Virus record (IMG/VR): IMGVR_UViG_3300050151_000086
Location: 1,575-65,574 of that record
Origin: a virus
Strand: one strand, 5' to 3'
Length of the DNA: 64,000 nt
In this document: positions 1 to 9,381 of the stretch, one piece after another
Layout of the letters: every line of letters starts with the position of its first letter
Numbering within the stretch: the stretch's first letter is position 1
Notes under the pieces: generated by a model
The model's input: only the letters and a program-made list of their open reading frames with translations
The model's database searches: none
What the model was told of the DNA's origin: nothing
Program-made: the position numbers and the translations under genes

Positions 1-1347
1 AACCTTGGCGCCCTTGGCAACATGGGCGGCGGCCTTGTTCGCCTTGTCGCTGGCCGCAGTGGCGGCCCTTTCGGCGGCCTTGGTTGCCACCGCTTCGGCC
101 TTGGCACCGTCTGCCACCGCTTGAGCGCTGGCGGCGGCCTTGTCGGCTTCGGCCTTGTCGCTGGCTTCGGCGGCCTTGTCTGCAAAATCGGCGGCCAGCT
201 TGTCGGCGGCGGCCAGCGCTTCCAAATTGGCGGCCACCGCTTCGGCACGCAAACGTGCCACCGTTTCCGCCAGCACTGCCAAATTGGCCGCCGCCACACT
301 GTTACCTGCTAGCAGTGCGGCCAGCGTGCCACCGTCTGCGGTGGCTGTAGCGATCATGGCGGCCAGCTTGTCGGCGGCTTCGGCACGTGCCAGCTTTTGC
401 GCCTTGTCGGCGGCGGCGGCTTCGGCCTTTTTGGTGGCTTCGGCGGCGGCTTCGGCGGCGGCGGCCTTTGCCACTGCGGCGGCCTCGGCGGCGGCCTTGT
501 TGGCCGCCAGCTTGAGTGCAGCGGCTTCGGCCTTGGCGGCCACTGCAGCGGCTTCGGCGGCTTTCTTTGCAGCGGTGGCGGCTTCGGCGGTGGCGGTGGC
601 TTCGGCGGCCTTGTCGGTGGCGGCGGCCACCTTGTCGCGCAGTGCGGCGGCTTCCCCGGCCAACGCCGAAGCGGTGGCGGTGGCGGCCACCGCTTCGGCA
701 TTGGCACTGTTCACCTTGTCGGTGAATTCTGCGGCCTTGGTGGCTTCGGCGGCGGCCTTGTCGGCTTTTGCCTTGTCGGCCTTCGCCTTGGCGGCTTCGG
801 CCTTGGCAGTGTGTGCGGCTTCGGTGGCGGCGGCGGCGGCGGCCTTGGCACGTTCATACAGTGCCAGCGTAGGGGCGGCGGCTTCGGTCAGCGCGGCCGC
901 AGTGGCGGCCAGTGCAGACAGGCCGCACAGTGCGGCGGCTTCGGCCTTGGCGCTGACAAGGGCAAGGCAAGCCACTGCGGCGGCGGCTTCGGCCAATTCC
1001 AGCACGGCCAGCGCGGCGGCGGCCTTGCCTTGCCCCTTCACCGCAACAAGGGCGGCCAGCTTAGCGGCGGCGGCGGCCAGCTTGAGGCCTTCGCCCTTGG
1101 TTGCCACCTTGTCGGCGGCCACTGCGGCCACCTTGGCCGCCATGTTGCCAACATAGCGGGCGGATTCGATCAACGGGGAAACATCCCCATGTGAGAACTG
1201 ATGGTGGGCATTGGCCATAACCGTATCAATCAAATTACGGGTATCCCCCTCATAGGCCGCCGCCAGTGCGGCCACCATGCTTGTTACCCGGGGGGCGGCG
1301 GCGGCCTTGGCGGCGGCCTTGTCAATGGCGGTGGCGGCTTGCGACAT
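1..1347 (-). CDS. Ala/Lys/Glu/Asp-rich helical protein, at least 449 aa, truncated by window edge
   Basis: Hand translation: ATG at 1347 preceded by GAAGGG, upstream in-frame TGA at 1362-1360, no stop down to position 1 (MSQAATAIDKAAAKAAAAPRVTSM...AAEAAADKA...). Confidence 0.85.
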   Translation of the reverse strand, partial: MSQAATAIDKAAAKAAAAPRVTSMVAALAAAYEGDTRNLIDTVMANAHHQFSHGDVSPLIESARYVGNMAAKVAAVAADKVATKGEGLKLAAAAAKLAALVAVKGQGKAAAALAVLELAEAAAAVACLALVSAKAEAAALCGLSALAATAAALTEAAAPTLALYERAKAAAAAATEAAHTAKAEAAKAKADKAKADKAAAEATKAAEFTDKVNSANAEAVAATATASALAGEAAALRDKVAAATDKAAEATATAEAATAAKKAAEAAAVAAKAEAAALKLAANKAAAEAAAVAKAAAAEAAAEATKKAEAAAADKAQKLARAEAADKLAAMIATATADGGTLAALLAGNSVAAANLAVLAETVARLRAEAVAANLEALAAADKLAADFADKAAEASDKAEADKAAASAQAVADGAKAEAVATKAAERAATAASDKANKAAAHVAKGAKV

Positions 1348-1424
1348 GATAGAAACCCTTCAAATGAGGCGGACACAGCTCCGCCGGCTATCACTGCTGC
1401 GTCATTCACTGCAGCGACAAACAA

Positions 1425-1433
1425 ACTATACCA
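1425..1433 (-). promoter_or_regulatory. Extended -10 promoter (TGG-TATAGT) for the Ala-rich gene
   Basis: Minus strand reads GTGGTGGTATAGT about 80 nt upstream of ATG 1347. Confidence 0.5.
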
Positions 1434-1482
1434 CCACGGCCTAGGCGATAGCGCATCATTTTAGGGGCTGCACTCTAATTCT

Positions 1483-1539
1483 TGGCGCTGACGCTGGCGC
1501 TGGCGCTGGCGCTGGCGCCGCTGACGCCGCCAGCGCCAG
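1483..1539. repeat. TGGCGC/TGACGC hexamer tandem repeat with inverted copy (12-bp stem)
   Basis: About 7 hexamer units followed by CGCCAGCGCCAG, the reverse complement of CTGGCGCTGGCG. Confidence 0.85.
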
Positions 1540-1628
1540 ACCTACCCTGCCCACGGTGCCAGCCGCACCGACCGTGACGGGGTAGCTTTCGCGGACACGG
1601 TCGGCGTCGGGGCTTAGCCTGGCTCCCT

Positions 1629-1642
1629 CGAAAAATTTTTCG
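1629..1642. promoter_or_regulatory. Perfect palindrome CGAAAAATTTTTCG, candidate operator
   Basis: 14-bp palindrome over the -35 region of the plus-strand promoter. Confidence 0.5.
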
Positions 1643-1659
1643 CACCTGGCAACTTCCTA

Positions 1660-1668
1660 TGCTACAGT
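1660..1668 (+). promoter_or_regulatory. Extended -10 promoter (TGC-TACAGT), probably leaderless transcript
   Basis: TG-N-TACAGT ends 6 nt before ATG 1675; no Shine-Dalgarno. Confidence 0.5.
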
Positions 1669-1674
1669 CGCCTA

Positions 1675-1971
1675 ATGCTGAAGATCGTAAGAAGGTACTC
1701 CCTCACCGACGACCTCGTCGCCGCGACGGCGACAACGAACAGGTCTGCGTCCGTGTCCGCTGCCATCGACAAGGCCAGAGTCGATCCAACCATCCTCACC
1801 AGGGCGCTCATCAAGCGCCTCACCGACAACACCGAACGGGAGCCCGTCGCCGTCACGGTCTCAATAAGCGTCGAGACCATCGACAAGCTCAGTGAACTCG
1901 CTAAGATGACACGCTTGCCAGTTGAGCATGTCCTCAGACTCGCATTGGAGGCCCACCTGTCACAGAGTTAG
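1675..1971 (+). CDS. Ribbon-helix-helix type DNA-binding protein (possibly tandem RHH)
   Basis: C-terminal VTVSISVETIDKLSELAKMTRLPVEHVLRLALEAHL fits the RHH pattern; N-terminal RRYSLTDDL..NRSASVSAAI looks like a second copy. Confidence 0.6.
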   Translation: MLKIVRRYSLTDDLVAATATTNRSASVSAAIDKARVDPTILTRALIKRLTDNTEREPVAVTVSISVETIDKLSELAKMTRLPVEHVLRLALEAHLSQS

Positions 1972-2001
1972 TCCTTCCTCTTCAACAAGGATTTCAACCA
2001 A

Positions 2002-2649
2002 ATGAAGCTGTACGAAATTTACAAGGAACTGGTCCACGAGCGCTTGACTCCTGCAGAAGCAGCAGAAAAGTTCCGAATGACTGAGCAGGACCTGAAGTTC
2101 CGCATAACCCGGCACGGAAAACGCCTTCCACAAATCTTGAAGACGCTGGACCGTATCAACAATGACGAAATGACCAGGAGTGAAGCCTCAGCTCTGCTTC
2201 AGGTCGGTGAACGTCAAGTAAATAACCTGATGAAAAGCTGGACAGTTGCACGTCCGCTCAAGGAGTACCTGGTCCACAAGGCTGTCACAGGTGTGAAGTG
2301 GGAGATCAGGAAGAAGTTTGCGATTGAGTTCATCGCTGGTAGCTGCACCCTTGAGGAAGCGGCTGAAAATGCTGGTGTCACCGACAGACAAATACGTCGC
2401 TGGGTGAGTGATCTACTCAATACCCACTTCGGAATGGTGTTCAAAGACCTGAAAGAACTGACACTGACCAAGCGCTCGCGCCTGGCAGATGAGATTGAAG
2501 AGGCTGAAGGCCTCGAAGTTGCGAAAATGAACGTGCTGAATGAGGTTGTGAAGGGCCACAAGGCCATTGAAGAGCTTGCCTTGGAGCGCGTCTTGTCCAA
2601 GAGAAGCAACAGAAAGGTCGTAAATGTTCGAGGATTCACCCCCGATTGA
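2002..2649 (+). CDS. Multi-HTH DNA-binding protein
   Basis: Three HTH-like segments (TPAEAAEKFRMTEQDL; TRSEASALLQVGERQV; TLEEAAENAGVTDRQIRRW). Confidence 0.65.
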   Translation: MKLYEIYKELVHERLTPAEAAEKFRMTEQDLKFRITRHGKRLPQILKTLDRINNDEMTRSEASALLQVGERQVNNLMKSWTVARPLKEYLVHKAVTGVKWEIRKKFAIEFIAGSCTLEEAAENAGVTDRQIRRWVSDLLNTHFGMVFKDLKELTLTKRSRLADEIEEAEGLEVAKMNVLNEVVKGHKAIEELALERVLSKRSNRKVVNVRGFTPD

Positions 2650-3064
2650 CCTCGGAAGGGGCAAAAACGCCCCTGCCGGGGCCAAAGCTGCTCCATTTGT
2701 GTGGAAATCGCTGCCAATCAGTGATCTGATCCTCTACAGGGACCAGATCACTGAATGCCTGCCGGCAATCACATTGAGTGAGACCAACCTGGAGCAAGAG
2801 TTGCTGCTCCAGCTTCACGCTGTCCGCGCTCTGCAGAATGACGTAATCGGAGATGACGACATACCGCCAAACCAGCGTGCTCAGGTCGCCAACTCCGTCG
2901 CCGGTATCCTGAACAAGCTCGTGGACATGCAGAAGGCTGTCCAGACGCAGGAGCGGTTCAAAGCCATTGAGTCGCTGATGGTCAAACACCTCCAGAGACT
3001 GCCTGAAGAGACCGCCGAGGCGTTCTTGAAGGAGTACCGCGCACTGCTTGAGGACTTGAAGTGA
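2624..3064 (+). CDS. Putative terminase small subunit
   Basis: 146-aa helical protein two genes upstream of TerL; RBS GAAAGG; position-based call. Confidence 0.45.
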   Translation: MFEDSPPIDLGRGKNAPAGAKAAPFVWKSLPISDLILYRDQITECLPAITLSETNLEQELLLQLHAVRALQNDVIGDDDIPPNQRAQVANSVAGILNKLVDMQKAVQTQERFKAIESLMVKHLQRLPEETAEAFLKEYRALLEDLK

Positions 3065-3324
3065 CACAGTTACAGAAAAGGGTGTATGTGGCCTCCGCCA
3101 GCCTGCGCCTAGCCCAGGTGTTCTGCAGACTCAACAAGGTCAGGCCAGCAGACATGGTCTGGATTGGCAGGCCAGAGGCAGCGAAGGGCCTCAAGGGCGT
3201 GACCGTCTACGTCACTCGCTTTCAGCCGGCCGACTACTACACGATGCACGAGCTTGCCCTGCGGCGCGACTACTGCGACGTGAAGTTGATCGAGGTCGAA
3301 GTCGATCAGGAGATCGACCTTTGA
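3061..3324 (+). CDS. Hypothetical protein
   Basis: 87 aa, GTGA/TTGA overlaps with both neighbours. Confidence 0.7.
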   Translation: MTQLQKRVYVASASLRLAQVFCRLNKVRPADMVWIGRPEAAKGLKGVTVYVTRFQPADYYTMHELALRRDYCDVKLIEVEVDQEIDL

Positions 3325-5009
3325 ACAGCATCGCCCGCAACCATATCGAGCGCCTGGAGACGACGATCCTCAGGCGCTACACGAACGCGCAGATCGCACG
3401 CTGGATCACCGAGAACACGAAGTACGGTAACGACGCCTACAGCTACGTCGACCACGAGTACCAGGAGAAGATTCTCAACGACACGTCCAAGGACGTATCA
3501 GTACGCAAGTGCTCCCAGGTGGGTATCTCGGAGGCCAGCGCACGCATGGCGCTTGCCCTGGTCAACGTGATCTCGCCGTACACGGTCGCATACACGCTCC
3601 CCACGGCTCACTTCGCCGGCACGTTCACCAAGACGCGGATCGACCCAGTGATCGAAGGGTCGAGCAGCATGCGGGACGCTGTCCACAAGTCCAACAACAA
3701 CAACGAGGTCAAGCAGTTCGGCAACTCGTTCCTGTTCGTGCGGGGTGCGGCCTCCAGCAACGCTCCAATCTCGATCCCGTGTGATCACTTGATCCACGAC
3801 GAGGTTGATTTCAGCGACCAGGAGGTCTTGGGCCAGTACGTGTCCCGCTTGACCCACTCGAAGTGGAAGCGCACGCACCGTATCTCGACGCCGACACTGC
3901 CCAACTTTGGCATCGACAAGTTCTTCCAGGAGTCGCGTCGCCACTACTTGATGTGCAAGTGCAACCACTGCAACACATGGTTTGCACCGGACTACTACAA
4001 GCATGTCCGCATCCCTGACTTCACGGACGACTTGCGCACCATCACCAAGGGCAATATCGGCAAGACCAAGTACAAGCAGGCATACCTGAGCTGCCCAAAG
4101 TGCGGCCTTGAGCCCAGCTTGCAGGTTCAGCATCGTGAGTGGGTCTGTGAGAATCCCGACGACGGCTTCGAGGGCGCCGGCTACCAGGTCAGCCCGTTCG
4201 ATGCGCCCAACATCATCCAGGCTTCGTACCTGGTTGAGGCCAGCACCAAGTACGACCGGGTTCAGGACTTCGAGAACTTCAACTTGGGTATCCCGAGTGA
4301 AGACATGGAGGCCACCTTGACGCGGGCCGACATGGTTCCGCTGTTCTTGCTGCTGGAGGCGATGTCATCATCCAGTACCTACGTCATGGGTGTCGACGTG
4401 GGCAACACCTATCACTTTGCGGTTGCGGCCATTGATGGCTATGGCGACATGTTCGTCATCCACACCGAGAAGGTTGCGATGGGTGTTGTGCGGTCGAGGT
4501 ACGTTGAGATTCGGCGCCAATTCAGGGTGGCCTGCACTGTGATCGACTCTGGCCCGCATGCTGAGACTGTGATGGGCCTCCAGGAAATCGACCCCAATCT
4601 GTACGCTTCGGTCTACATGAGGTCCAAGTCAATCCTGACGCACAACGTGGTGACCAAGGACCTTGACGAAGGGAAGGGCATCGAGTTCCTCCGCCAGGTC
4701 AATGTGAATCGCAACCGGGCGTTTGACGGCTACATGAACTTCATCCGTGAGAACCACCTCACGATCAAGTTGACGGAGGATCAGGAGGAGATCATCCAGC
4801 ACCACACGTCGATGAAGCGGGTCAAGGTCTTCGACAATGATTCCGGTGAGATGACGTTTTCATGGCAAAAGACTGATGGCATTGACCACTTTCACCACAC
4901 CTTCCTCTACTGCTGGATCGCCGGCAAGATCAAGGGCCTGGGAAAGCCGATGATCATCCTGAACACCTGTCAGGCATTCAGTTTCCGCTTGAAGCCTAAA
5001 CTGACATAA
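3321..5009 (+). CDS. terL: Terminase large subunit, lambda GpA-like ATPase
   Basis: RKCSQVGISE Walker A variant, LIHDEVD Walker B, ISTPT motif, CxCxxC/CPKC zinc finger, GVDVG nuclease motif. Confidence 0.92.
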   Translation: MNSIARNHIERLETTILRRYTNAQIARWITENTKYGNDAYSYVDHEYQEKILNDTSKDVSVRKCSQVGISEASARMALALVNVISPYTVAYTLPTAHFAGTFTKTRIDPVIEGSSSMRDAVHKSNNNNEVKQFGNSFLFVRGAASSNAPISIPCDHLIHDEVDFSDQEVLGQYVSRLTHSKWKRTHRISTPTLPNFGIDKFFQESRRHYLMCKCNHCNTWFAPDYYKHVRIPDFTDDLRTITKGNIGKTKYKQAYLSCPKCGLEPSLQVQHREWVCENPDDGFEGAGYQVSPFDAPNIIQASYLVEASTKYDRVQDFENFNLGIPSEDMEATLTRADMVPLFLLLEAMSSSSTYVMGVDVGNTYHFAVAAIDGYGDMFVIHTEKVAMGVVRSRYVEIRRQFRVACTVIDSGPHAETVMGLQEIDPNLYASVYMRSKSILTHNVVTKDLDEGKGIEFLRQVNVNRNRAFDGYMNFIRENHLTIKLTEDQEEIIQHHTSMKRVKVFDNDSGEMTFSWQKTDGIDHFHHTFLYCWIAGKIKGLGKPMIILNTCQAFSFRLKPKLT

Positions 5010-5018
5010 CGGTACAAT
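4989..5018 (+). promoter_or_regulatory. Sigma70-like promoter TTGAAG-N18-TACAAT
   Basis: Overlaps the end of terL, directly upstream of the inserted module. Confidence 0.5.
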
Positions 5019-5040
5019 GGGAAGCAAGACAGGGCTTCCC

Positions 5041-5649
5041 ATGACACCGCTGAAGCAGAAACTGACCATCGAGCAAGGCCGGACCTTCCGCTTCCCCATC
5101 CGCTGGGAGTCGGAGGTGTTCGGCTATGCCGCCATTTCGGCCATTTCTGCCTCTGCCCCGTGCCTGGTGACCACCACCCAGCCCCACGGCATCCCAGAAG
5201 GCTGGAGGGCCGCTGTGGTGTCCGCACGGGGCATGGTCGAGATCAACGCCCTCCAGAGCCCCCCGGCAGATGACGAGTTCCGCCGCTCGACGGTGCGCTC
5301 CACCACCCAGATTGAGTTCAACGACCTGAACTCGGCCGACTTCACGGCCTACGTGTCGGGTGGCTACCTCCAATTTCGCCTCCCGGTCGACCTGACGGGC
5401 TACACCGCCCGCATGTCCGTCAAGGACAAGATCGGCGGCACGGTCCTGCTCTCGCTTTCATCCACGGATGGGTCCATCACGCTGGACAACACGACCAAGA
5501 CGATCACGCTGAAGTTGACAGCCACCGCAACGGCTGCCTACACGTGGAAATCTGGTGTGTATGACCTGGAGGTGGTCTCACCGACTGGAGACGTGTTTGC
5601 GTTGATCAATGGCGCGGTTGTCGTCGTCCAAGAGATAACCACCAACTGA
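5041..5649 (+). CDS. Putative virion structural protein (beta-rich; BppU/LtfC-like C-terminus with an FCCH-like insert)
   Basis: LTIEQGRTF...DLTGYTARM..K...GVYDLEVVSPTGDVFALINGAVVV; alternative start 5017. Confidence 0.55.
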   Translation: MTPLKQKLTIEQGRTFRFPIRWESEVFGYAAISAISASAPCLVTTTQPHGIPEGWRAAVVSARGMVEINALQSPPADDEFRRSTVRSTTQIEFNDLNSADFTAYVSGGYLQFRLPVDLTGYTARMSVKDKIGGTVLLSLSSTDGSITLDNTTKTITLKLTATATAAYTWKSGVYDLEVVSPTGDVFALINGAVVVVQEITTN

Positions 5650-5659
5650 GCCGAGACGC

Positions 5660-5959
5660 ATGAGTGATTCGCAACCTGGACCTGCATCAGGGTTCCCCCA
5701 CCCGCTCACTGAAGAGGCCATTGCCCAAGCTATCGAGCGCGGAATGATCCGAGCTGTCAGCAGCGACGCTTTCTGGGAGTCGGCCTCGAAGGCCATGAAG
5801 CGCCAGGCCCAGTCCACTGCTGGCAGCTTGCTCTTCGGTTGGATCAAGACGCTGTGGAACAAGTTCAGCCTTGTCATGTTGGGCCTGCTCGCCTTGTACT
5901 GGGTCGGCGGTTGGGCTGGTGTCGTCGCATTCCTGAAGGCCCAGGCCGTCAGCAAGTAG
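5660..5959 (+). CDS. Small membrane protein
   Basis: Hydrophobic C-terminus FSLVMLGLLALYWVGGWAGVVAFL. Confidence 0.7.
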   Translation: MSDSQPGPASGFPHPLTEEAIAQAIERGMIRAVSSDAFWESASKAMKRQAQSTAGSLLFGWIKTLWNKFSLVMLGLLALYWVGGWAGVVAFLKAQAVSK

Positions 5960-5968
5960 GAGTCAGCA

Positions 5969-6409
5969 ATGCCTGTTTTGACCATCATCTACGCACGTGG
6001 CAGCAACATCGTCAGCCGGGCCATCAAGGCTTTTGACCCGTTTGGGAAGTGGTCGCATTGCGGCGTCGTGACCGAGCGCGGCTCGGTGGTCGAGTCCCGC
6101 ATGCTGCACGGTGTTGTCGAGACCGAGAGCGCTGACTTCATGGCCCGCTACCCGGGCTTCGGCGCCACCTCCGCCATCGACATCCAGTGCCCTGACCCTC
6201 AGGCCGGTATCGCATGGGCACGCTCCAGGATCGGCAATGGCTACGACTACGGCGCCGTCTTGGGCATGCTGCTGCGGATCAAGTCTGCGGATCGCACGCA
6301 TGACAACTGCGTGGAGATCGCTGAGGGGGCTCTGGCTGCGGCTGGCCGCTCACGCCTGCGTGAAGCACCTTGGCGGATCACCCCGAACGTGAGCTGGATG
6401 ATCAAGTGA
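5969..6409 (+). CDS. Permuted papain-like NlpC/P60 (YiiX/YebB-type) enzyme
   Basis: His-before-Cys order: WSHCGVV...GYDY...DNCVEI. Confidence 0.8.
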   Translation: MPVLTIIYARGSNIVSRAIKAFDPFGKWSHCGVVTERGSVVESRMLHGVVETESADFMARYPGFGATSAIDIQCPDPQAGIAWARSRIGNGYDYGAVLGMLLRIKSADRTHDNCVEIAEGALAAAGRSRLREAPWRITPNVSWMIK

Positions 6410-6813
6410 CCACCTATGCCGTGATCGAGAAAGCAACGGGGGCTGAGGTCTACCGCTACACCGCTGACGCCCCGGTCGCGTGGGCCGGCTTCGAGTTCGC
6501 CACCCACGACCACGTTGCGCAGGCTGACCCGCTGGCGCCTGCTGCCCCCGAAGTGGTGCCCGAAGACTGGTTCATCAACGTCGGCCCATTCTTCGACAGG
6601 TTCGGCCCGTACAAGTACCCGATCCTCGCCAGCAGCGACGCGCTGGTGCAGGCCATCATTAAAGACTGCAGCGTGCGCAAGTACATCGACCTGAAGGGCC
6701 GCCGCGCTGATCTGCTCCAGGTGATCGGTTTACTGCAATCGAAGGGATTTCCGGTCACGGCAGCGACCGTGACCGACGCGAAGCCGGCTGAGGCAGAGGT
6801 CTACCGTGGCTGA
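6406..6813 (+). CDS. Hypothetical protein, possible fibre-assembly factor
   Basis: GTG start overlapping upstream TGA; 135 aa. Confidence 0.6.
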   Translation: MTTYAVIEKATGAEVYRYTADAPVAWAGFEFATHDHVAQADPLAPAAPEVVPEDWFINVGPFFDRFGPYKYPILASSDALVQAIIKDCSVRKYIDLKGRRADLLQVIGLLQSKGFPVTAATVTDAKPAEAEVYRG

Positions 6814-8980
6814 AAAATACTGTGACCATGGGGCGTATGGCGGCTCCGCGTTCACCGGGAGCATCAGCACAACCACGCTGACTGTTACGGCCATCGCATC
6901 GGGTGTCATCTCGATGGGTACTGAGGTCAGCGGCGCTGGTGTCACTGCCGGCACTTACGTGACTGCCCTGGGTACGGGCACCGGGGGCGCGGGCACCTAC
7001 ACCATCAGCACGTCGCAAACAGTGTCGAGCACCGCGATGACTGGCGCCTACGGCTCGCCTAGCGCAGTGCCGCGTGTGTTTGGCACCGCAGTAGAGGGTG
7101 ACGGTGCGGCGACAGGTCTGGCGACTTCGGCACTGCTGAACATCGACCTGTCTGCGGCCACTGCAGCCGCAGGCGCCGTCATCAGCATCATGGGCGCCAG
7201 TCTCACGTGCGTGGCGAGCGGCGCGGTCGCCAATCAGTTCAACGCCGGTGCGGGCGCGACACTGGTAGCCAACCTGGTCGCCGCGATCAACCGCACCACG
7301 AACACCAGCACGCTGGTGGCGCAGGCCGCGTCGTGGAGCACGCCGAAGTTGCAGGACGCCGTATTTGCGCAGATCGGCTCCCCCACGACCACGTTGCAGC
7401 TCATGACCCGCGCCGGGTCGGCGCAGTACAACACCAGCACCGTCACGACCAGTGGCCTGACGGGCGGCACGTTCGGGCCGTACACCTTCAGCGGCGGTGC
7501 GAGCGGTTGCTGGGGCAGCCTCGTGAACCTGAACACAACGGCTTTTGCGAGTGCTATTGCACGGTGCGGCTACGGTGTGTGGGGAACGCAAGCACCCCTT
7601 GCGGGCGCCACACTGGCCGGAGACAGGGTCTGGTTGCGTAGCAACAGATTGCTGCAGGCTCTCGCGTCATCGCCGCCGAACCTCGTGCCATATGTCATGG
7701 GTACGCAGTATGTGCCCGTTGACTTCGTGGTTGACGACCTTGCCACTGCTTGGACCTCTGACGCCGTTGGAAACTCTGTTGAATTCAGAAATATCCAGGG
7801 AGGTGGCACCCTGCTATTCGCTCCAAGTTTCACAACGGCGACGTTCATGCGTATCACCGGCAGAAAACTTGCTGACGGTACGTTCACACTGAAATTCTCG
7901 AACCGGAACTCGGCGGTAGGTGTGACCCTGGCTGCAGCGGCAGCATTGGAAATGGCCGGCTTCTCCTTGGACGGCAGCGGCTACAACGCCGCAGTCGGCA
8001 TTTATTCCCTCGGGTCAACCCCGGCAGGTCAGAGGTCTGTTTTTCGCAACTTCTTGATGACCACCAACAGGTCACAGACCGGCTCTGTATTTTTCAGTCA
8101 GCAGACCACAAGCTCTTACGCTGTGGACTTTGTGGACTTTGAGGTCAACAACACCGGAGCCTCCACAGCCCACCCTGGAATCTTCAGCCAGGCAGGTAGC
8201 AGCATGTACTCCTTCAGGAGTGGCAAGTTCACAGGGTTCGTGATCGGCAGCGAGCTTGCTCAGTCATTGGCTGGTACTTCGCAGGCACTTGCTTACACCT
8301 TTGAAAACATCTCCTGGGGGAATGTCACCAAGCGGGGACCGTATGTATCCACGATTCTGGCGGCCGGTGGCTTCCTTGATATAACCCAGCGGTGCATATC
8401 AACCGTCAATCGTGATGCACTCAGAGAGTTCTCAATCGACCAAGTGAAAGGGTTTGTCTCTTGGTCTGCGACCCGTGGGCAGCCAGTCTGCACGGCATTG
8501 CTGGATGATGGCGTCACTGGTTACTCGATCATGGTCCTGCCGTCCACTCAGCAGAGCACCACAGGCTGGTCTGTGCCCCTGAAATTGCCACGTTTTGGCA
8601 AGATGAACTCATTTGGGGATGGTGCCAGGACGATCTCAGTAGAGTTCGTGGCTGAGCAGACGTTGGTCCCAACCTCAGCCATCGTCTCGATGCAGGTTGA
8701 GTACCTGGCAGTAGACGGGTCAAGGGTGTTGATTGATACGTTTGATCGTGCCGCTACAGCGATACCGACATCTACCAAGACATGGACTAACGAGGCTGGT
8801 GGATTCGTGACATTCCAGAATGGTGGCACTGTCAACCACAGCAAGTACAAACTGTCAGTCTCAAGTCTGCCCGCCAAACCTATCAAGGGTGGGACGGAGG
8901 TGTCAGTGTGGTTCTTCATCCGTGGATATGTTGCTGACACCAGCAAGACCTACTTCTTTGATGAACCCCAATTGACATGA
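6806..8980 (+). CDS. Putative fibre/spike or receptor-binding protein, 724 aa
   Basis: Thr/Gly/Ser/Ala-rich beta-type sequence; N-terminal [10 protein letters not shown]...[11 protein letters not shown] motif typical of fibre proteins. Confidence 0.6.
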   Translation: MAEKYCDHGAYGGSAFTGSISTTTLTVTAIASGVISMGTEVSGAGVTAGTYVTALGTGTGGAGTYTISTSQTVSSTAMTGAYGSPSAVPRVFGTAVEGDGAATGLATSALLNIDLSAATAAAGAVISIMGASLTCVASGAVANQFNAGAGATLVANLVAAINRTTNTSTLVAQAASWSTPKLQDAVFAQIGSPTTTLQLMTRAGSAQYNTSTVTTSGLTGGTFGPYTFSGGASGCWGSLVNLNTTAFASAIARCGYGVWGTQAPLAGATLAGDRVWLRSNRLLQALASSPPNLVPYVMGTQYVPVDFVVDDLATAWTSDAVGNSVEFRNIQGGGTLLFAPSFTTATFMRITGRKLADGTFTLKFSNRNSAVGVTLAAAAALEMAGFSLDGSGYNAAVGIYSLGSTPAGQRSVFRNFLMTTNRSQTGSVFFSQQTTSSYAVDFVDFEVNNTGASTAHPGIFSQAGSSMYSFRSGKFTGFVIGSELAQSLAGTSQALAYTFENISWGNVTKRGPYVSTILAAGGFLDITQRCISTVNRDALREFSIDQVKGFVSWSATRGQPVCTALLDDGVTGYSIMVLPSTQQSTTGWSVPLKLPRFGKMNSFGDGARTISVEFVAEQTLVPTSAIVSMQVEYLAVDGSRVLIDTFDRAATAIPTSTKTWTNEAGGFVTFQNGGTVNHSKYKLSVSSLPAKPIKGGTEVSVWFFIRGYVADTSKTYFFDEPQLT

Positions 8981-9372
8981 GCTTCGTATCATTCGACGTT
9001 CTGCCCTCATATGCGGGCACCGTCAATATACCCACAGCGCGCAGACCAGCCAGGCCTCAGGGCCTGGAGGTCTATGCCAGGCAGACACTCCCGACTGACC
9101 CAACCGGGTCAGCGACACTCATCATTTCTGGAATTCCTGATGGGACCGACATTGTTGTTTTGAACGCCGGCACCACAAACGTGATTCTGCAGGTGGATCA
9201 GAACCCTGGAACGACTTACGTATTCAACTACTCAGTCTACAGTGTGGATACGGCAGTTGACATCGGCTTGATTAAGCCGGGCTACGAGTTGCATTACATC
9301 AGGAATCTGACACTGCCACGGATCAATACCACCCTTCCGGTCGCGTTGCGACTTGACCGCAACTTCTCTTGA
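8977..9372 (+). CDS. Hypothetical beta-sandwich virion protein
   Basis: 131 aa, coupled ATGA overlap. Confidence 0.55.
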   Translation: MSFVSFDVLPSYAGTVNIPTARRPARPQGLEVYARQTLPTDPTGSATLIISGIPDGTDIVVLNAGTTNVILQVDQNPGTTYVFNYSVYSVDTAVDIGLIKPGYELHYIRNLTLPRINTTLPVALRLDRNFS

Positions 9373-9381
9373 GGAACTGCC

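Noticed and set aside
22-1464. Plus-strand ORFs 140-1156, 397-1194, 22-312 and others
   Set aside because: Antisense shadows of the GCC-rich minus-strand Ala-rich gene; they have no RBS and give implausible Gly- or Ser/Ala-only translations
1542-1552. 11-mer CTACCCTGCCC shared with 62603-62613
   Set aside because: A match of this length is plausible by chance in 64 kb of GC-rich DNA
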